Shown piece after piece: positions 22,536-36,749 of a stretch of DNA of 64,000 nucleotides. The first letter of the stretch is position 1. Each line of letters opens with the position of its first letter. The notes beneath the pieces were generated by a model. It saw nothing but the letters and a program-made list of their open reading frames with translations. It made no database searches and was not told where the DNA came from. The DNA is from Octopus sinensis (Eukaryota): positions 27,838,001-27,902,000 of the forward strand of contig NC_043013.1 in assembly GCF_006345805.1 (NCBI RefSeq), read 5' to 3'. The translations under genes and the position numbers were made by a program.

Positions 22536-24230
22536 GTGTGTTATGTGTGCTTTTGTATGTATACAAATACAAACAGATACATGTGTTGCTATTTAGGGTG
22601 GTGTGTACCATGTTGTTGGCTTCCAGTGAAAAAAAAAATCCTGTTTTTCTCTTTTTTTTACCTCAAAGATACCACAATGCATGAGATAATATTATACAAA
22701 GCAAGGAGAATGTGGAGAAACCCCAGTCAAGGCAGATCTGGCAGCTACAAATGGTAATGTAGGATTAAATAACATGGGAAGTAAGCACAGTGGAGGTACC
22801 AACACAGAATGCTACCAATATTAGTTTTTACCGCCAAGTATAATTTTATAGAAACTCTTGCCAGTATTTCTGTAAGTACTTTGAGCACTTTATTTCATTT
22901 ATTTATTATTTAATTTTTCTTCTTTTTCTTCTTCAAAATACATGAATTATTTCCAAAGCAGATGGACAAGAGATAGATAGTTAGATAGATAAACAGACAG
23001 ACAGAAAGAGAGAGAGAGATGGGAAAATTTAGAATAAAACAATATTAATAATAAAATCATAAACAGAAAAAAAAAAAAAGGAAAATTATTAGTTTATGGA
23101 CATTCTTTTAATTTTTCAAGATATGCAATCCATTCCTCTTCCCAACCTGAAATTTCATCAAAGGTAGCTGGCAAATTCTCTCCGATTTATTTATTTATGA
23201 ATAAACAATATCTAGATGTATGTATTTTTAATTGTTGCATGTATATGAAAGATTATTATTATTTTTTAGTACTTCATGTTTTGTTTTATCTCTTCATTAT
23301 TTGATGAAATTTAAGATGGTTTTTAAGCTAGTGTGATTGTGTGCAATAAAACTTGGTCATCATGTAATAATTTCCTCACTAAGGCACACTGGGATAGGTT
23401 TGGGGAAGGGGGCAGTAGCGCAGAAATTAAAAAAAATCAGCTTAGTTTAGCAGTAGCTTTTATACAGCAGTATTTATCTTATACTTATGACTCTTATACT
23501 TATGACACAGAAATAAAATTGCATATTTTAGCATTTGCTGTTGTTACCTAATAATAAACAAAACAAAGAGCTCTGAATATAATTAGCATGCAATCTCATC
23601 TTAATTCATATGAAAGAATGTATTTAAACAATGAAGAAACTATAGAAGTTATTAGAACAGATTCACTAAATTCTGGGAGATATTTATGAAGTACCAGATA
23701 TAATCTACAAATCAATACACACAATAAATATTAGTTGATAAAACACTATCTATAACGGTCTTGATTACCTGTTAATAAGGTAGTAAATGATCCTATTTTC
23801 CCAATGATGCAGGTGAGGTGAGGTGTGGAAGGCATTTTGCTACATTCACCATTTGTAGGTATATTCCCAGGTGCTCCTGGGTGACCTGTCAAGTAGTCCC
23901 AGCAAGTCTCCAACTCTGTGAGACACCTTATCATCTGCTGAGACCATGTAGCATGTGGCTGACCAACATGAGCCATCTACTTGTTCAGATCCTCAGTGAA
24001 GAGCCTGCTTCTGAGTTAGAATGATGCAGGTTGATTTATAATTCTTCACCCACGTAACTCTTTATTTTTGCAATTCTCAAAATGACTGCTGAAATTGAGC
24101 ATTCGGAGTTAAATATATGGGATGGTATTAATTTTTTATTGGAATCAAACTTATAACAAAGCTAATTAGCTACAATCCATGTCTCCTGGATTATCCAGCC
24201 AATAACACACCCTTATATATATATGTATAT

Positions 24231-24265
<35 letters not shown>

Positions 24266-24269
24266 ATAT

Positions 24270-24317
<48 letters not shown>

Positions 24318-25582
24318 TAACTAATGGTTATATTTAAAGACTTCCTTTTAAAGCCGAATAAAGTGTTTACTTAAGAGAAATAATACTATGATGCACACTG
24401 CACCTGAATTCTGTTTCAATAGTTTTTCCAAATTGTGAGCTACAAAAACAAAAAAATATATAAGCAGTAAAAAAGAAACAAAAAAAGCACTATCAATAAG
24501 CATGTATACACCCAGAGGATGTGTAATGAATTATCTGTTCCTTATAATGTAGATATCAAGCAACTGATTTAAAAAAATACTAATTTAACCTCCATCATTA
24601 TCACTGCAATACATCTTAAATTATTCATCCTTTCCTTTAAGGCCACACATTAAATTTCCACTTAAACCCTAAGCTTGGGCACAAAAAGAGTACACTGCTA
24701 TGATATTGGTACTGAGAAAGGAGTAAATAACTTAATATATTGCGTGATACACATAAGTTGGTGTTAGCATATTTAATGCATGGTACATTAAAAAGGAAGC
24801 TAACAAGACTAGAAATAATTATATTACAGTGAGGAAAGAAAAAAAAAAACAGTATTAATTAATGAATATATATTATTAATATTTTAAAAGATTTTTCGAG
24901 CAAGTATGGGAGACAACTTCAGACATGTTTTGGAATTATTCTGAGCTCATCAGCAAAACATAACTTTGACTATATTTGCTGAAGATGAGATGAGAAAAGC
25001 CTCACCAAGTAAACATACAAAAGATTGTACAGATTGTACATTGGTTGGCATGGAAAATAGAATTGTTTGGAAATAAAAATAATTCAAAAATACCATCCAT
25101 AATGCATGATGTACATGCAGCTAATCTAAATATAAATATATGTGACCAACTTATATTAAGAAACTCCTCCCCATAGAAAAACCAAAAGTGAAGATGAAAT
25201 GCTAAAATATCAAGTTCTGAGAAAACAATGGTTAATGCATTAAATGTTGTCATTTTTTTAAACCATGAAATATTTCTTATAAATTGGTTGAGAAAGAAGA
25301 ATAAAAAAATATATTCTTTATTGTTGTCCTTTAGATTATTGTTGTTGTTGTTATTATTATTATTAATATTACAGTTGGTGCTGTTTTCAACTGATTGACA
25401 AAGCACAAAACCAATTCCTGTAGTGCATGGAAAGTCTATAACTGAATTGATGCCCACCCCTGTTCATATTAACAGATTATTAATGTTCATTTTTATTAGG
25501 GCTACAAGGGACAAAAACAAGACATTGTAATACCCTTAACTCACTACTACTACAACTACTACTACTTAATAATAATAATAAT

Positions 25583-26575
25583 CCTTTCTACTATGGGCAC
25601 AAGGCCTGCAATTTGAAGGGAGGGGGATAGTCGCTCACATCGACCCCAGTGTTTCACTGGTACTTAATTTAATGACTCCGAAAGGATGAAAGGCAAAGTC
25701 GACCTCAGCGGGATTTGAACTCAGAATGTAGTGGGAGACGAAATACTGCTAAGCATTTCGCCCGGTGTACTGACGATTCTGCCAGCTTGCTGCCTAATAA
25801 TAATAAGAAGAATAAGAATAATCTTTCCAGCTATAGGCACAAGGCCTGAAATTTTGAGGGAGGGGGAAAGTTGATTACATCAACCCCAGTGTGCAACTGA
25901 TACTTATACTGAATGGATGAAAGGCAAAGTCAACCTCAGTGGATTTTGAACTCAGAACATAGAGACAGATGAAATACCATTAAGCATTTTCCCCAGCATA
26001 GTAACAATTCTATCAGCTATAATAATCAAAGTCGACGTTGGGGAATTTGAACTCAGAACATAAAGCCAGACGGACTACCACTAAGCATTTTGCCTGGTGT
26101 GCTAACGATTCTGCCAGCTCACTGCTTTTATAAAAATAATAATCCTTTTTACTAAAGGCCTGAAATTTGTGGGGAGGGGAACAGTCGATTAAGTCAACCC
26201 CAGTGCTTCACTGGTACTTAATTTATCAACCCCGAATGGATGAAAGGCAAAGTCGACCTCAGCAAAATTTGAACTCAGAATGTAGTGACAAACGAAATGC
26301 CATCAAACATTTCGCTCGGCATGCTAACAACTCTGCCAACTTGCCACCTCAATAATAATAATAATAACAATGGTTTCAAATTTTGGCACAGGGTCAGAAA
26401 TATCAGGCGGGGGTGGAGTGGGGATGGTAAGTCACTTCCATTGACCCCAGAGCGTAACTGGTACTTATTTTATTGACCCTGAAAAGTTAAAAGACAAAAT
26501 TGGCTTCAGCAGAATTTCAGCTCAGAACATTAAGATGGACAAAATGCCATTAAGCATTTTGTCTGGCATCCTAGC
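25583..26575 (-). mobile_element. Head-to-tail array of five SINE family A copies (tRNA-like head GGCAGAATCGTTAGCA, core GCCTTTCATCCTTTCGGGGTCGATAAATTAAGTACCAG)
   Basis: Copies at about 25583-25795, 25823-26018, 26026-26125 (partial), 26143-26350 and 26375-26575, separated by short (AAT)n tracts. Confidence 0.85.
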
Positions 26576-26937
26576 AATAATAATAATAATAATAATGATA
26601 ATATCTAATGCATACATTCCTGTATTACAAAAAGGTATTATGTTCTTGAAAATTTCATAGACTTCTCTACATTAAGTAAAAATGGAAGTCAAAGAAATAT
26701 AGGCTTCTAATTATGAACTTTGCATTCATGAAAATCTTAGTGTTTGTTTCCATAATGTGAGGAGTGCCTGTATATTGATATTTAGAAACATAACTTTAGA
26801 TCACACCTCAGTTAAATGCTTAATAATGCACTTGGTGTTATATTGTAGCCTATTTGAAATGCCCTCTGCTGCACAAAGACCTTCAGATAAATACTAACTT
26901 TAGAAAAATAAATAACATAAATACAGTTAAAAGACAT

Positions 26938-26955
26938 AATAATAATAACAACAAC

Positions 26956-26987
<32 letters not shown>

Positions 26988-27070
26988 TGATAATAATAAT
27001 AATAAAAATAATAATAATAATAATTATTATTATTATTATTATTAACATCATTCTTATTATTATTATTATT
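26938..27070. repeat. (AAT)n switching to (TAT)n, a self-complementary trinucleotide tract
   Basis: Directly visible between the minus-strand and plus-strand SINE A clusters. Confidence 0.95.
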
Positions 27071-27072
27071 AA

Positions 27073-27470
27073 GAAAGTAGCTAGGTGGCAGAATCGTTAG
27101 TGTGCTGGACGTAAATGCTTAGCGGTATTTTGTCTGTTGCTACGTTCTGAGTTCAAATTCTGCTGAGGCCAACTTTGCTTTTCCTCTTTTCAGGGTCGAT
27201 GTAATCAACTAGTCCCCTTCTAACAAATCTGAGGCCTTGTGCCTTCAGTAGAAAGGATTGTTGTTGTTATGTTTGAGCCAGCAGATTTGTTAGCATCCCG
27301 GACAAATTGCTCGACAGTATTTTGTACATCTTCACGTTCTGAATCCAAATAATACTAGGGTTGTCTTTACCTTTCATTCTTTCAGACTCGATTTGAGCAC
27401 TGGGGTTGATCTAATTGACTTAATCCCGCCCTCAAAATTGCTGGCCTTGTACCAAAATCTGAAAGCATCA
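27073..27470 (+). mobile_element. Two SINE family A copies in the plus orientation
   Basis: GGTGGCAGAATCGTTAG..GTTCTGAGTTCAAATTC..CTTTTCAGGGTCGATG..GGCCTTGTGCC at about 27073-27270 and 27280-27470. Confidence 0.8.
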
Positions 27471-28020
27471 TTATTATTATTTCATACACACTCAACAGAT
27501 TAGACTGTTGGAAAAGAAAAATTCCTAACATTGGGCTACAATAAGTAACCTTAGATGCCAAGAACCCTCCTAAGTATTCTAGCTGTCCCTAATAACACTG
27601 TTTTCTGGAGCTGTATTAAACTGGGTTTTATACCTTTTCCCTCTTATTATTATTATTATTATTATGAGGGTGGTGAATGGCTGATACAGCAGAGTGTTAG
27701 ATGGAATGTCTAGTAAAATTTAGGTACATCCATTTATGTTCTATGTTCCAATTCAGTTGACATCAACTTTGGCTTCCATCTTCATATAGGTTGATAGAAA
27801 TAATAAAGACCTACCAAATACCAGAGACAATAATGTAGATAGATAGACAGAGAGATAGATATATAATTGACATCGTAAGATTTTATAAACTTAAAGAGTA
27901 TGTGAAATATTTTTTAGAATAGTAGATCTTGAAGCAGATAAAGCTATAAATAATAGTGTCCTATGAATGTCCTTTGACTTTTTCTATTCAAAGGCTTTTT
28001 AATCAATAATAATAAAATAA

Positions 28021-28261
28021 ATGCGCCCTTTTAAAGCCTAGCCAGGCTCATGGGCCCGGTTTCTATGACGTATGTGTTCCCCAGCTGGAAGGGAGGCCAG
28101 TCCATCACAGCGTTACTCATTTTTGCCAGCTGAGTGGACTGGAGCAACATGAAATGAAGTGTTTTGCTCAAGAACACAACGCATCACCCGATCCAGGAAT
28201 CAAAACCACAATCTTACGATCATGGTGCTGACACCTTAACCACTAAGCCATGCGCCTCCAC
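28021..28261 (-). mobile_element. SINE family D, full length, tRNA-derived head
   Basis: Minus strand GTGGAGGCGCATGGCTTAGTGGTTAAGG..GTTTTGATTCC..GAGCAAAACACTTCATTTCA.GTTGCTCCAGTCCACTCAGCTG. Degraded relatives lie at about 110-370, 2688-2800 and 36225-36375. Confidence 0.8.
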
Positions 28262-29112
28262 TTTTTTTAATCAATATTAACACACTAATATTTATAGCTA
28301 TATCTGCTTCAGGATCCACCATTTCAAAACAACATAAACACACACACACATATTATACTGCACACCTATCATGTAATTTGGGACATTGTGCGAAAGTTAG
28401 AAATGATAATTATTATTATTTTAGCCGTCATCATCATCATCATCATCTTACCATCATCATTTTACATCCAGATTTTTTTCTTTACTGTTTGTATGGGTTT
28501 GTTGTGGTTCATTGCCAACTGAAACACACACACACACACACACACAAAGGTTTTAATTGGAATGACATCAAAACCACAAATTTTTGTGGAATAGTCCATC
28601 ACTCTGGTGGATCAGAAAATAAAATATTAGATGACAAAACTATTCAATAGCAGAAACTATTAACATTTTTTTGTACTAATTTCTGAATTCATTGTTATAT
28701 CATCCTAAGCAGGCAGTCATTATACTTTCTCAAAACTGAAATACTTAAAGAAGCTTAAAATGAAAAGATTTGAAGAATAAAACTACAAGGAAATTGTGTT
28801 ATTTATTACTTGTAAAGGATGTAAAAAGGAAAACTGGTATTTTTTTTGTTTTTGTCTTTTTGTTTTAATAATAATTAATGGAATGAGTTAATGGCTGAAT
28901 TTAACTTCAGCTGAATATAAAACAACACTTTATGAAATTTAAAGTAATTACAATAACTAGAGAGAGTGTATATATGTGTACAGCATCATCATGATATGTA
29001 TGTTTGTATATATACACACACATACATACATATAAGTAAGCATATAATATGTATGTATGTACATAAATATGTATATATATGCATGTGTGTATCTCTCTCT
29101 CTCTCTCTTTAT

Positions 29113-29171
<59 letters not shown>

Positions 29172-31582
29172 TATATATATTATATATATATAGATATATA
29201 TTTAATCAATAAATTTTACTCTATTAATGTATTGAATCCCACCATCAGTAAATATTTTGTTGTTCTCTAAAAGTTGAAGAATGAATTTAGCATATCTTAA
29301 TTATTTGTTACAATTGTTTCAGTACCCCTCCATTTTTAACCACATTGCACAGAAATGATTCCATGTGAAAAGTTATACAACGTGTAGTTGATTATATTGG
29401 AGTGGCACTTCATCAGACGAGCATCAAGACATGCATTCTTACTTGTGTTACGTGTTGCTCTTCATAAGACTCACACACTGTTTTTTACCAGTGATGTACC
29501 TGGAGTTTGTGCAGCACTGGACTTTCAATTTTCTCCATGGTTCCAATTTGAGAGTGTGGAGGGCCAGGAGTTTGAGTTAAGTGTTGCATTGACAAATAAC
29601 TGATTTTCTATCCAATCAGAACCTACATTATATATTTAGATACACACACACACACACACACACACAATTCTATAAGCATATACATAAATAGATAAGCAGG
29701 CACATAATGTTTGTTGAACTCCTCATATTTTTCTTACTAAATTTAATCTCCTTTTAATCTTTATTGGAGAAAACAGTGAAAATAAGTTAGAATTGTAAAT
29801 TTTCAGCTAGCTACAATAATTTCATTCTGCTTTTTGTGTTGAGTAAAATTTTCTCAAGTTTGAATATACTAATACATATTCCACATATAATAATAATAAT
29901 AATAATAATAATAACCCTTTCTACTAAAGTCACAAGGCCTGAAATTTGGGGGAGGGATATAGTCGATTACACTGACCAGTACTGAACTGGTACTTATTTT
30001 ATCAACTACGAAAGGATGAAAGGCAAAGTCGACCTTGGCAAAATTTGAACTCAGAACATAAAGACGGACAAAATGCCACTAAGCATTTTGCCCAGTGCAC
30101 TAATGATTCTACCAGATCACTGCCCAAATAATAATACTAATAATAACAACAACAACATGTAGAAGAACTGGGTATTCAACATTTCTTTGCCCCAAGTTTC
30201 TTAACTGATGAGTGAGGCCTATAAAAGTTAAAATTCTAATACACTTGTAATGATAAAAATCTGTTAGCAGTAAAAGACATAAATACTCCTAAACAGAAAG
30301 TACTTAGCACATAATGTATGTAGAGTGAAAGTTTTTTTTAAAATCTGATGTTAATGTTACCATATGAAAATCATGATATATATATATACACACATACAGA
30401 CACACAGGCACACACACACACAGATTTATATACGTTATACATATCAGCAAGAAATTTGTTCTGCAGTGGTTCCTTCTCCAAACATAAAGCTGCATCTCTC
30501 AGGGTCTGTAGTCTTGCAAACTGAATGGTAACCTCACGAGGAGTGCTGGTAGATTGATAAAAGCAGCCAGTACACATTGAAAAGTGGTTGCTGTTAGCAG
30601 GGGCATTCAGCTGTAGAAACCATGCCAAGCAGACAGTGGAGCACAATGCAGTCATTGGACTCATTCGTTACAAGTGTCCAACCCATACCAGCATGGAACA
30701 TGAATGTTAAATAACAATGATGATGACAAAGATGATGACAATGGTGCATCTATAAAGTTTCCTTAGATTTTGGACACAGACATAGTGTGAGATTCAAAAA
30801 CATCCTAAAAATTTGCTAAAGTTTTATATTCAGCTAATTAAAATAAATAAAAATAATTAATATCATCTATCTTTTAATTGATAACTAATAATGCATTTTA
30901 AAAACAAAAGTATTTATTGCTTATTAGTTGAATATTTAATATGCATGTTCAAAATTGTGGATCAAATTAAATGCAACAAATGTCTTTTTTTTTGCATTTT
31001 TTTTTGCTATTACTCAAATGGTTCTTGTTATTATCACTCAGATAAAAATCTAGAAAATTTGTAGAATAAATTAAAATGCTTTGCTAATCTCTGCCTTCAG
31101 ATTTATAGTGAAATATGGAGACATGAATTCCATTATTAAAACCAGAACTTTTTTTTACCATTTCTACAAGGCATACTTTTTTTTTATTATATAAAGAACA
31201 ACAATTTGTATTTGCATTAAAAAAAAAATTTTTCTGTCCTTTCCCTTTTTTTTCCTTTTCTTGAAAATTTAGTTTTTTATATAGTCCGGATATATAACGC
31301 AGTGAAGAAATCATTAATTTTAATTTTAAAGTTATGGCATTTTAATATGTAATTTGTAAGGGTAAAATTTATGGAAGTAATAGGTAAAAATTTATGTAAC
31401 TGTGAAACTTAGCTTTTGAAATGTGAAAAGAAGAAAAAAATTGTGTGGAATGAGAAAAAGAATAATTTTTTTTTAAATGTGCAAGAAAATTTAAAAAGAT
31501 AATTTTAGATTGAAATCTTGAGAGGGTAAGTATATATATATATACATATATATATCTGTGTGTATGTATGTGCATGTATGTA

Positions 31583-31632
<50 letters not shown>

Positions 31633-32104
31633 TGTATATACATGTATATATATAGAATAAAAAAAGAATAATATACTTTTATGAGACGATCATATATTGA
31701 AGAAAATGTCATATTAATATTTAATAAATATTACATATTATTCTAATAATTATATGCAACAAGATATATTGTAATAATTTTATGATAATATTGTAATATT
31801 GTAGTGCATCTATGCACTAGTTACAATAAGCTCATTATTATTATATATAAAGTAATATAATTTAAATAAAAAACTAAAATAAATAAATCTCAACAAGATT
31901 ACAATTGTTGTATTAGAGAGAAAAACAATATAGTCTGGCTAAAAACAAAGAAAGAATTAGAATGCTTAATATTTTTGTGTGGAGTTCTTCACCAGCTACC
32001 AAGTTAAATATTGCCCGATTGCCTCCCTTGTCCATAGCAAACGTAGCTTAAATGATGACAGTATCAATGAATGAATTGTTTCCCTCTAGGATAACTTTCA
32101 GCAA

Positions 32105-32152
<48 letters not shown>

Positions 32153-33363
32153 ATACACACACACATACACAATGTATATATAAATGTGTATGTATATATA
32201 TCAATATATTTATACAATTTATATATGTGTGTATATATATATATATATACACACACACAATATACATATATATATATATGATATTTTTATATAGGATATA
32301 TATATATATATATATATAGGTAAATGTATAAATATTTTTAATACAATCTCTCTCTCTCTCTTTCATATACATACATATATGTATATATGTACATATATAC
32401 ATATGTAAGAATATATATAATTTATATATATATATACATATACATATATGCATATGCATGTATATATATACATATATATATGAATGAGTTTATTGTTGCT
32501 TTTGCTATTATTAAGGAAATTCTTTTTCAAACTGACTTTTCTGATATAGTCATGTCTTCTAATGCATTTTTAAGAGGTAGATTTGAGGAAAATCACAGCC
32601 TCTCTAGAGAACTAATATACTCTCCTGTAATAAAAATTTTTGTAGGAGGGAGAAGGAGAAGAAGGAGAAGAGGAAGTGTAAGGGTGGCAGATATAGAATT
32701 TTGGGTTTTTTTTTTTTGTTCCTTATTTAAGGAAAGGGATGGGGGAGGTGTAGTCACAGATTTTGAAATGGTAAAAAAAAAAAAAGAGCCCAAAGAATGA
32801 AGGAGATTCCAAAAAAAAAAGTGATATAGAACAATAATGAATTTTTTTTTGTGGAGGTTTGTGGTGGTGGTGGTGGTGGTTGGGAATGGGGTGGCAGACC
32901 AAAAAAAAAAAAAGAACAAACAAATAAACAAAGAGAGAAAAAGTAACAAGCAAGTTATGATCCAGTACACAGAACTGAGTTCATCTCTATAATAACAATA
33001 GATCTTTACTTTTTTTTAATAATATATTTTTTTTTTTGTAAACATGTGGCCTTTCGGTAGAATAATAATGCTAAATAAAAGAACTATACCATTGTTCACA
33101 GTCACTTCTTTTACCATAAAAGTTTCAAATGGCTTTCCACACCATATTTTCTTTTTTTTTTCTTTTTTCTTTTTTATTTAACCCCCTGTATTTGCTTATA
33201 ACCAAGTCTATACAGTGTGAGGGGGCCTTGCTCACATTTACAAAAAAATATATAAAGATGGAAAAAAAAACAAAAACAAACAACGAAAATAGCCACCAGG
33301 GGTGTAGCTCCTGCTTCTGATAAGCATTTTTATCACAGTAGTGCTGTAATTTGCAATTCAACA

Positions 33364-33505
33364 TCACCGAGTTTTCCGTTTCTTCACTGCTCTTCCTTTA
33401 TTAACTGGAAAGTTTTTTCCATCTGTTTCAGAAACATTTTGATGATCCAATTCCATCATTGCTTCCTGAATAGCAGCTTCTAAATGAGAGTTCATTTTCC
33501 TCCCT
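33364..33505 (-). CDS. MBD5: MBD5/6-like terminal coding exon (142 nt, phase 2 start, TGA stop at 33364-33366)
   Basis: Acceptor ctccccacctgtatctcag|A GGG AGG. Translation (K)GRKMNSHLEAAIQEAMMELDHQNVSETDGKNFPVNKGRAVKKRKTR* lies inside track ORF 33364..33630. L..AI.EAM.EL resembles the helix that follows PWWP domains. The four exons total 5150 nt = 2 nt + 1716 codons including the stop. Confidence 0.88.
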
Positions 33506-34741
33506 CTGAGATACAGGTGGGGAGAATGGAGGGGGAAAAGAGGATGAGAGAAAGAGAAAAAGAGATAGCGGGAGGAGGGAGAAAGAAAAAAGAAAAAAAA
33601 AAGACATGTCAGTAAGCATTTATTATTCAAGAATTAGAAAAACAAATGTAGACAACAATTTATACAATTTAAGCAGAAAATGAAGACATGAACACAAGAT
33701 CAAAGAGGAAATTTAAGGACACATTCCACTCGTCTCTAGTATTATTGCTCAATGCAGGAGAGGCTTTGCTAGCCATTGCTATTGTGGTGAGCAACAAATC
33801 ATATTAAGATGCTATATTTTGGGGGACTTCCTCACCCAAATAGAAGACAAAGACCACTCAACAATCAATGCATTAATGTTACTGGCACAGATGCACAATA
33901 TGGAATTGAAACTAACGAGAGGCAGAGATTCCTGGTGCAGCATTGTGTGATACATTTCGGTTGCAGCAAGATGATGATGATGATGATGTGTGTGTACATA
34001 CACAAAGAAGCAGAAAAATGTATTTAACAATTCTATCAACGCTGCCAGACTCTTCATTTACAACTTATAAATTTCTGTGTTTTTTTTTAACACTATATGT
34101 CCATAAGAGATGCTTTCTTGAGACAGATTCTGCAGTTTCTAGGCTTTCAGCAGTATATCTGTGTTAAGTATGATATACAGAATGCTATTTTGAACTAATA
34201 CTGCTTCCATTGCTAATAACAAATTTTTACCCAACCTGTTGGCAAATAGCAATACCAATGATATGCTAATAACTACTTTTCTATATCAGTAGAAACTAAA
34301 TTTGTTTTAGCATGTGGTTTTTCTTGGATGCTTGCTATTGATGATGCTCAAAAAAGCAGAAATACATATTTAGCAATTCCAACACTGTTGCTGGATATTT
34401 TATGCTTGCTACTGATATATTTCTCTGCTTTTTAATGCTGTACATCTATAAAGTATGTTTTCTTGAGATGAATACCTCACTTTCCAGGCATTCAACAGTG
34501 TACTTGCATTAAGTATATAATATAGAATGCTGTTTTGAACTAATAACACACACACACACACACACATGCAGAAACAGATAACAGTGAGCAACTGTCCCCT
34601 CTTCCTACCACACTTTAATCAATGATGTAAAAAGAATGAAGCATGTAAAGTGCGTACAAGGTGGACATGGGTTACAGGATAATGTACACATTCATTGTAA
34701 TAATAATGATAATGACAATAACAATCATAAGAATAATAATA

Positions 34742-34958
34742 ATCTTTTCTACTATAGGCACAGGGCATGAAATTTTGGGGGAAGGGGCCAATCAAGTAGA
34801 TCGACCCCAGTATGCAACTGGTTCTCAATTTATCGAACCCGAAAAGTTGAAAGGAATAGTCAGCCTTAGTGGAATTTGAACTCAGAACATAGCAGCAGAC
34901 GAAATACAACTGAGCATTTTGCTCGGAGAACTAACGATTCTGCCAGCTCACCGCCTTA
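34742..34958 (-). mobile_element. SINE family A copy (representative of about ten intronic copies, all on the minus strand)
   Basis: Full-length reverse-complement copy flanked by (AAT)n. Similar copies lie at about 36840-37045, 37430-37640, 38455-38665, 40633-40850, 40878-41015, 41355-41575, 50500-50620, 50780-50990 and 50995-51160, and also at 13015-13215, 17620-17860 and 29915-30125. Confidence 0.85.
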
Positions 34959-34960
34959 AC

Positions 34961-35010
<50 letters not shown>

Positions 35011-35247
35011 TAATAATAATAATAAGAAGAAGAAGAAGATAATGATAATATATTGTCAATACTAACTGTATTATTAGTTCTACAGTTTTGGCGCCAGCAG
35101 TGTGTGTGCGTGTGTGTGTACACACACTCAATCCCTGCGAATGCCCTGAGCAGGTTCTACTTTCATAATGTTTCCGAAAAGCAGGTTTCTTTTCTTTCTT
35201 TTATTCTATTTTATGAATGTCTCTTGACTAAAAGTACCTATTTATTT

Positions 35248-35278
<31 letters not shown>

Positions 35279-35526
35279 CAATGCAGTTTATAGTGCACCT
35301 GAGCGCTTTATATAATAACCTCACTACTACTACTACTACTACTACTACTATTATTATTATAATAATCATTATTATATCAGTCTGATGTGAAAATATACTC
35401 TCTTAATCTTACTACACACTGTATTAATGACTGATGATAATGATGATGACTGCCATCCCTATCTCATCACTGACACCACTCCCCCAACACCAGTTTTCTT
35501 ATGAGACCTTAATCTCACTTATACAG

Positions 35527-35573
<47 letters not shown>

Positions 35574-35635
35574 GATAGATAAATTGGATGCATTGTCTAT
35601 TCATGCCTACATGGAAATATTAAATTATTGCTGCT

Positions 35636-35668
<33 letters not shown>

Positions 35669-35808
35669 AATGATGACAACAACACAAAATGAGGTTAATT
35701 GGTCAATCCAATTTTTTTTTCCAGCACAGAGGGAAGGGGGATGTGTACGAGGGGAATGGAGGTTTAAATATTAATAACAACAACAACACTGCTAATAATG
35801 ATGCCATA

Positions 35809-35853
<45 letters not shown>

Positions 35854-36636
35854 AGAGTAGAGACAAAATGGCTGATTGGATAAACAATTGGAATATTGGA
35901 CCCTAAGTACATATCTCAAAGGGTTTTGTGGATTAAATAATATTTGCAGTAACAATGATGATGATGATGATAATTAATGATGGGGAAGATGGATGGATAG
36001 TGATGATGATGTTGATGATGATGATGATGGGATTGATGGTAGTGGTAGTGATGGTGGTGGTAACAGTACTGATGACAATGGGATTGAATCTAGAAAGTTC
36101 CCCTCCGAGGCACAAGTCCAGGCAAGGTTGTTTATGCAAGACCAGCAGTCGCCCATGCATAACAGCCACCCCCAACTCCACGTCACAGATGTTATCCAGG
36201 AGAAAGGCAAAGGCTGATACAGCTTGTGGCACCAGTGACGTCACAACTCGTTACAGCCGAGTGAAGTGGAGCAATGTGAAGTAAAGTGTTTTGCTCAAGA
36301 ATACAACACACAGTCTTGTCTGGGAATTGAACTCACAACCTCACGATTGTAAGCCCAACACTCTAACCACTGACCCATCATATGCCTTCACATATGTGTG
36401 CGTGTGTGTGTTTCCCCCCCACCACCACTTGACAAACTGACATTGGTGTGCTTATGTCCCCATAACTTAGTGGTTCAGCAAAAAGACAATGATAGAATAA
36501 ATACCAGGTTTAAAAGAATAATGACTGGGGTTGTTTTATTCAACTAAAATTCTTCAAGGTGGTGCCCCAGCATGGCCGCAGTCTAATGACTGAAACAAGT
36601 AAAAGATTAAAGAGAAAAAGAGATAAAAATACATAC

Positions 36637-36749
36637 TTTCTATATTTTTTCCGTGCACGGTGATGTGCTTCTAAACCTTCTGACAAAGTCTTCAGTTTTT
36701 CTGGTTCAACCTGAGTAAAAGTATGATCACCAAACCATTCCACCCAAAG
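36637..36749 (-). CDS. MBD5: MBD5/6-like exon encoding the C-terminal half of the PWWP domain (113 nt, phase 0 to phase 2)
   Basis: Acceptor tattttcag|CTT TGG and donor AGA AA|gtatgt. Translation LWVEWFGDHTFTQVEPEKLKTLSEGLEAHHRARKKYR lies inside track ORF 36540..36764 and matches the PWWP V.WFGD..F..V...KL pattern. Phase is compatible with both neighbours. Confidence 0.92.

Noticed and set aside
22206-22757. 183-aa ORF and the many similar [12 protein letters not shown]/poly-amino-acid ORFs
   Set aside because: They are translations of (TA)n, (CA)n and trinucleotide microsatellites that lack stop codons in some frames.
22669-22780. Possible plus-strand 112-nt exon (polypyrimidine-AG ... GTAAGC)
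   Set aside because: Stops occur in all three frames. It could only be a non-coding or UTR exon and cannot be supported without transcript data.
25002-25457. 151-aa minus-strand ORF with an Asn run
   Set aside because: No recognisable domain, F/I/L-rich composition typical of AT-rich non-coding DNA, and the Asn run is an (AAT)n repeat.
30205-30211. CTGATGA as another hammerhead core
   Set aside because: No downstream stem II or GAAA-UH partner was found. Such heptamers are expected by chance.
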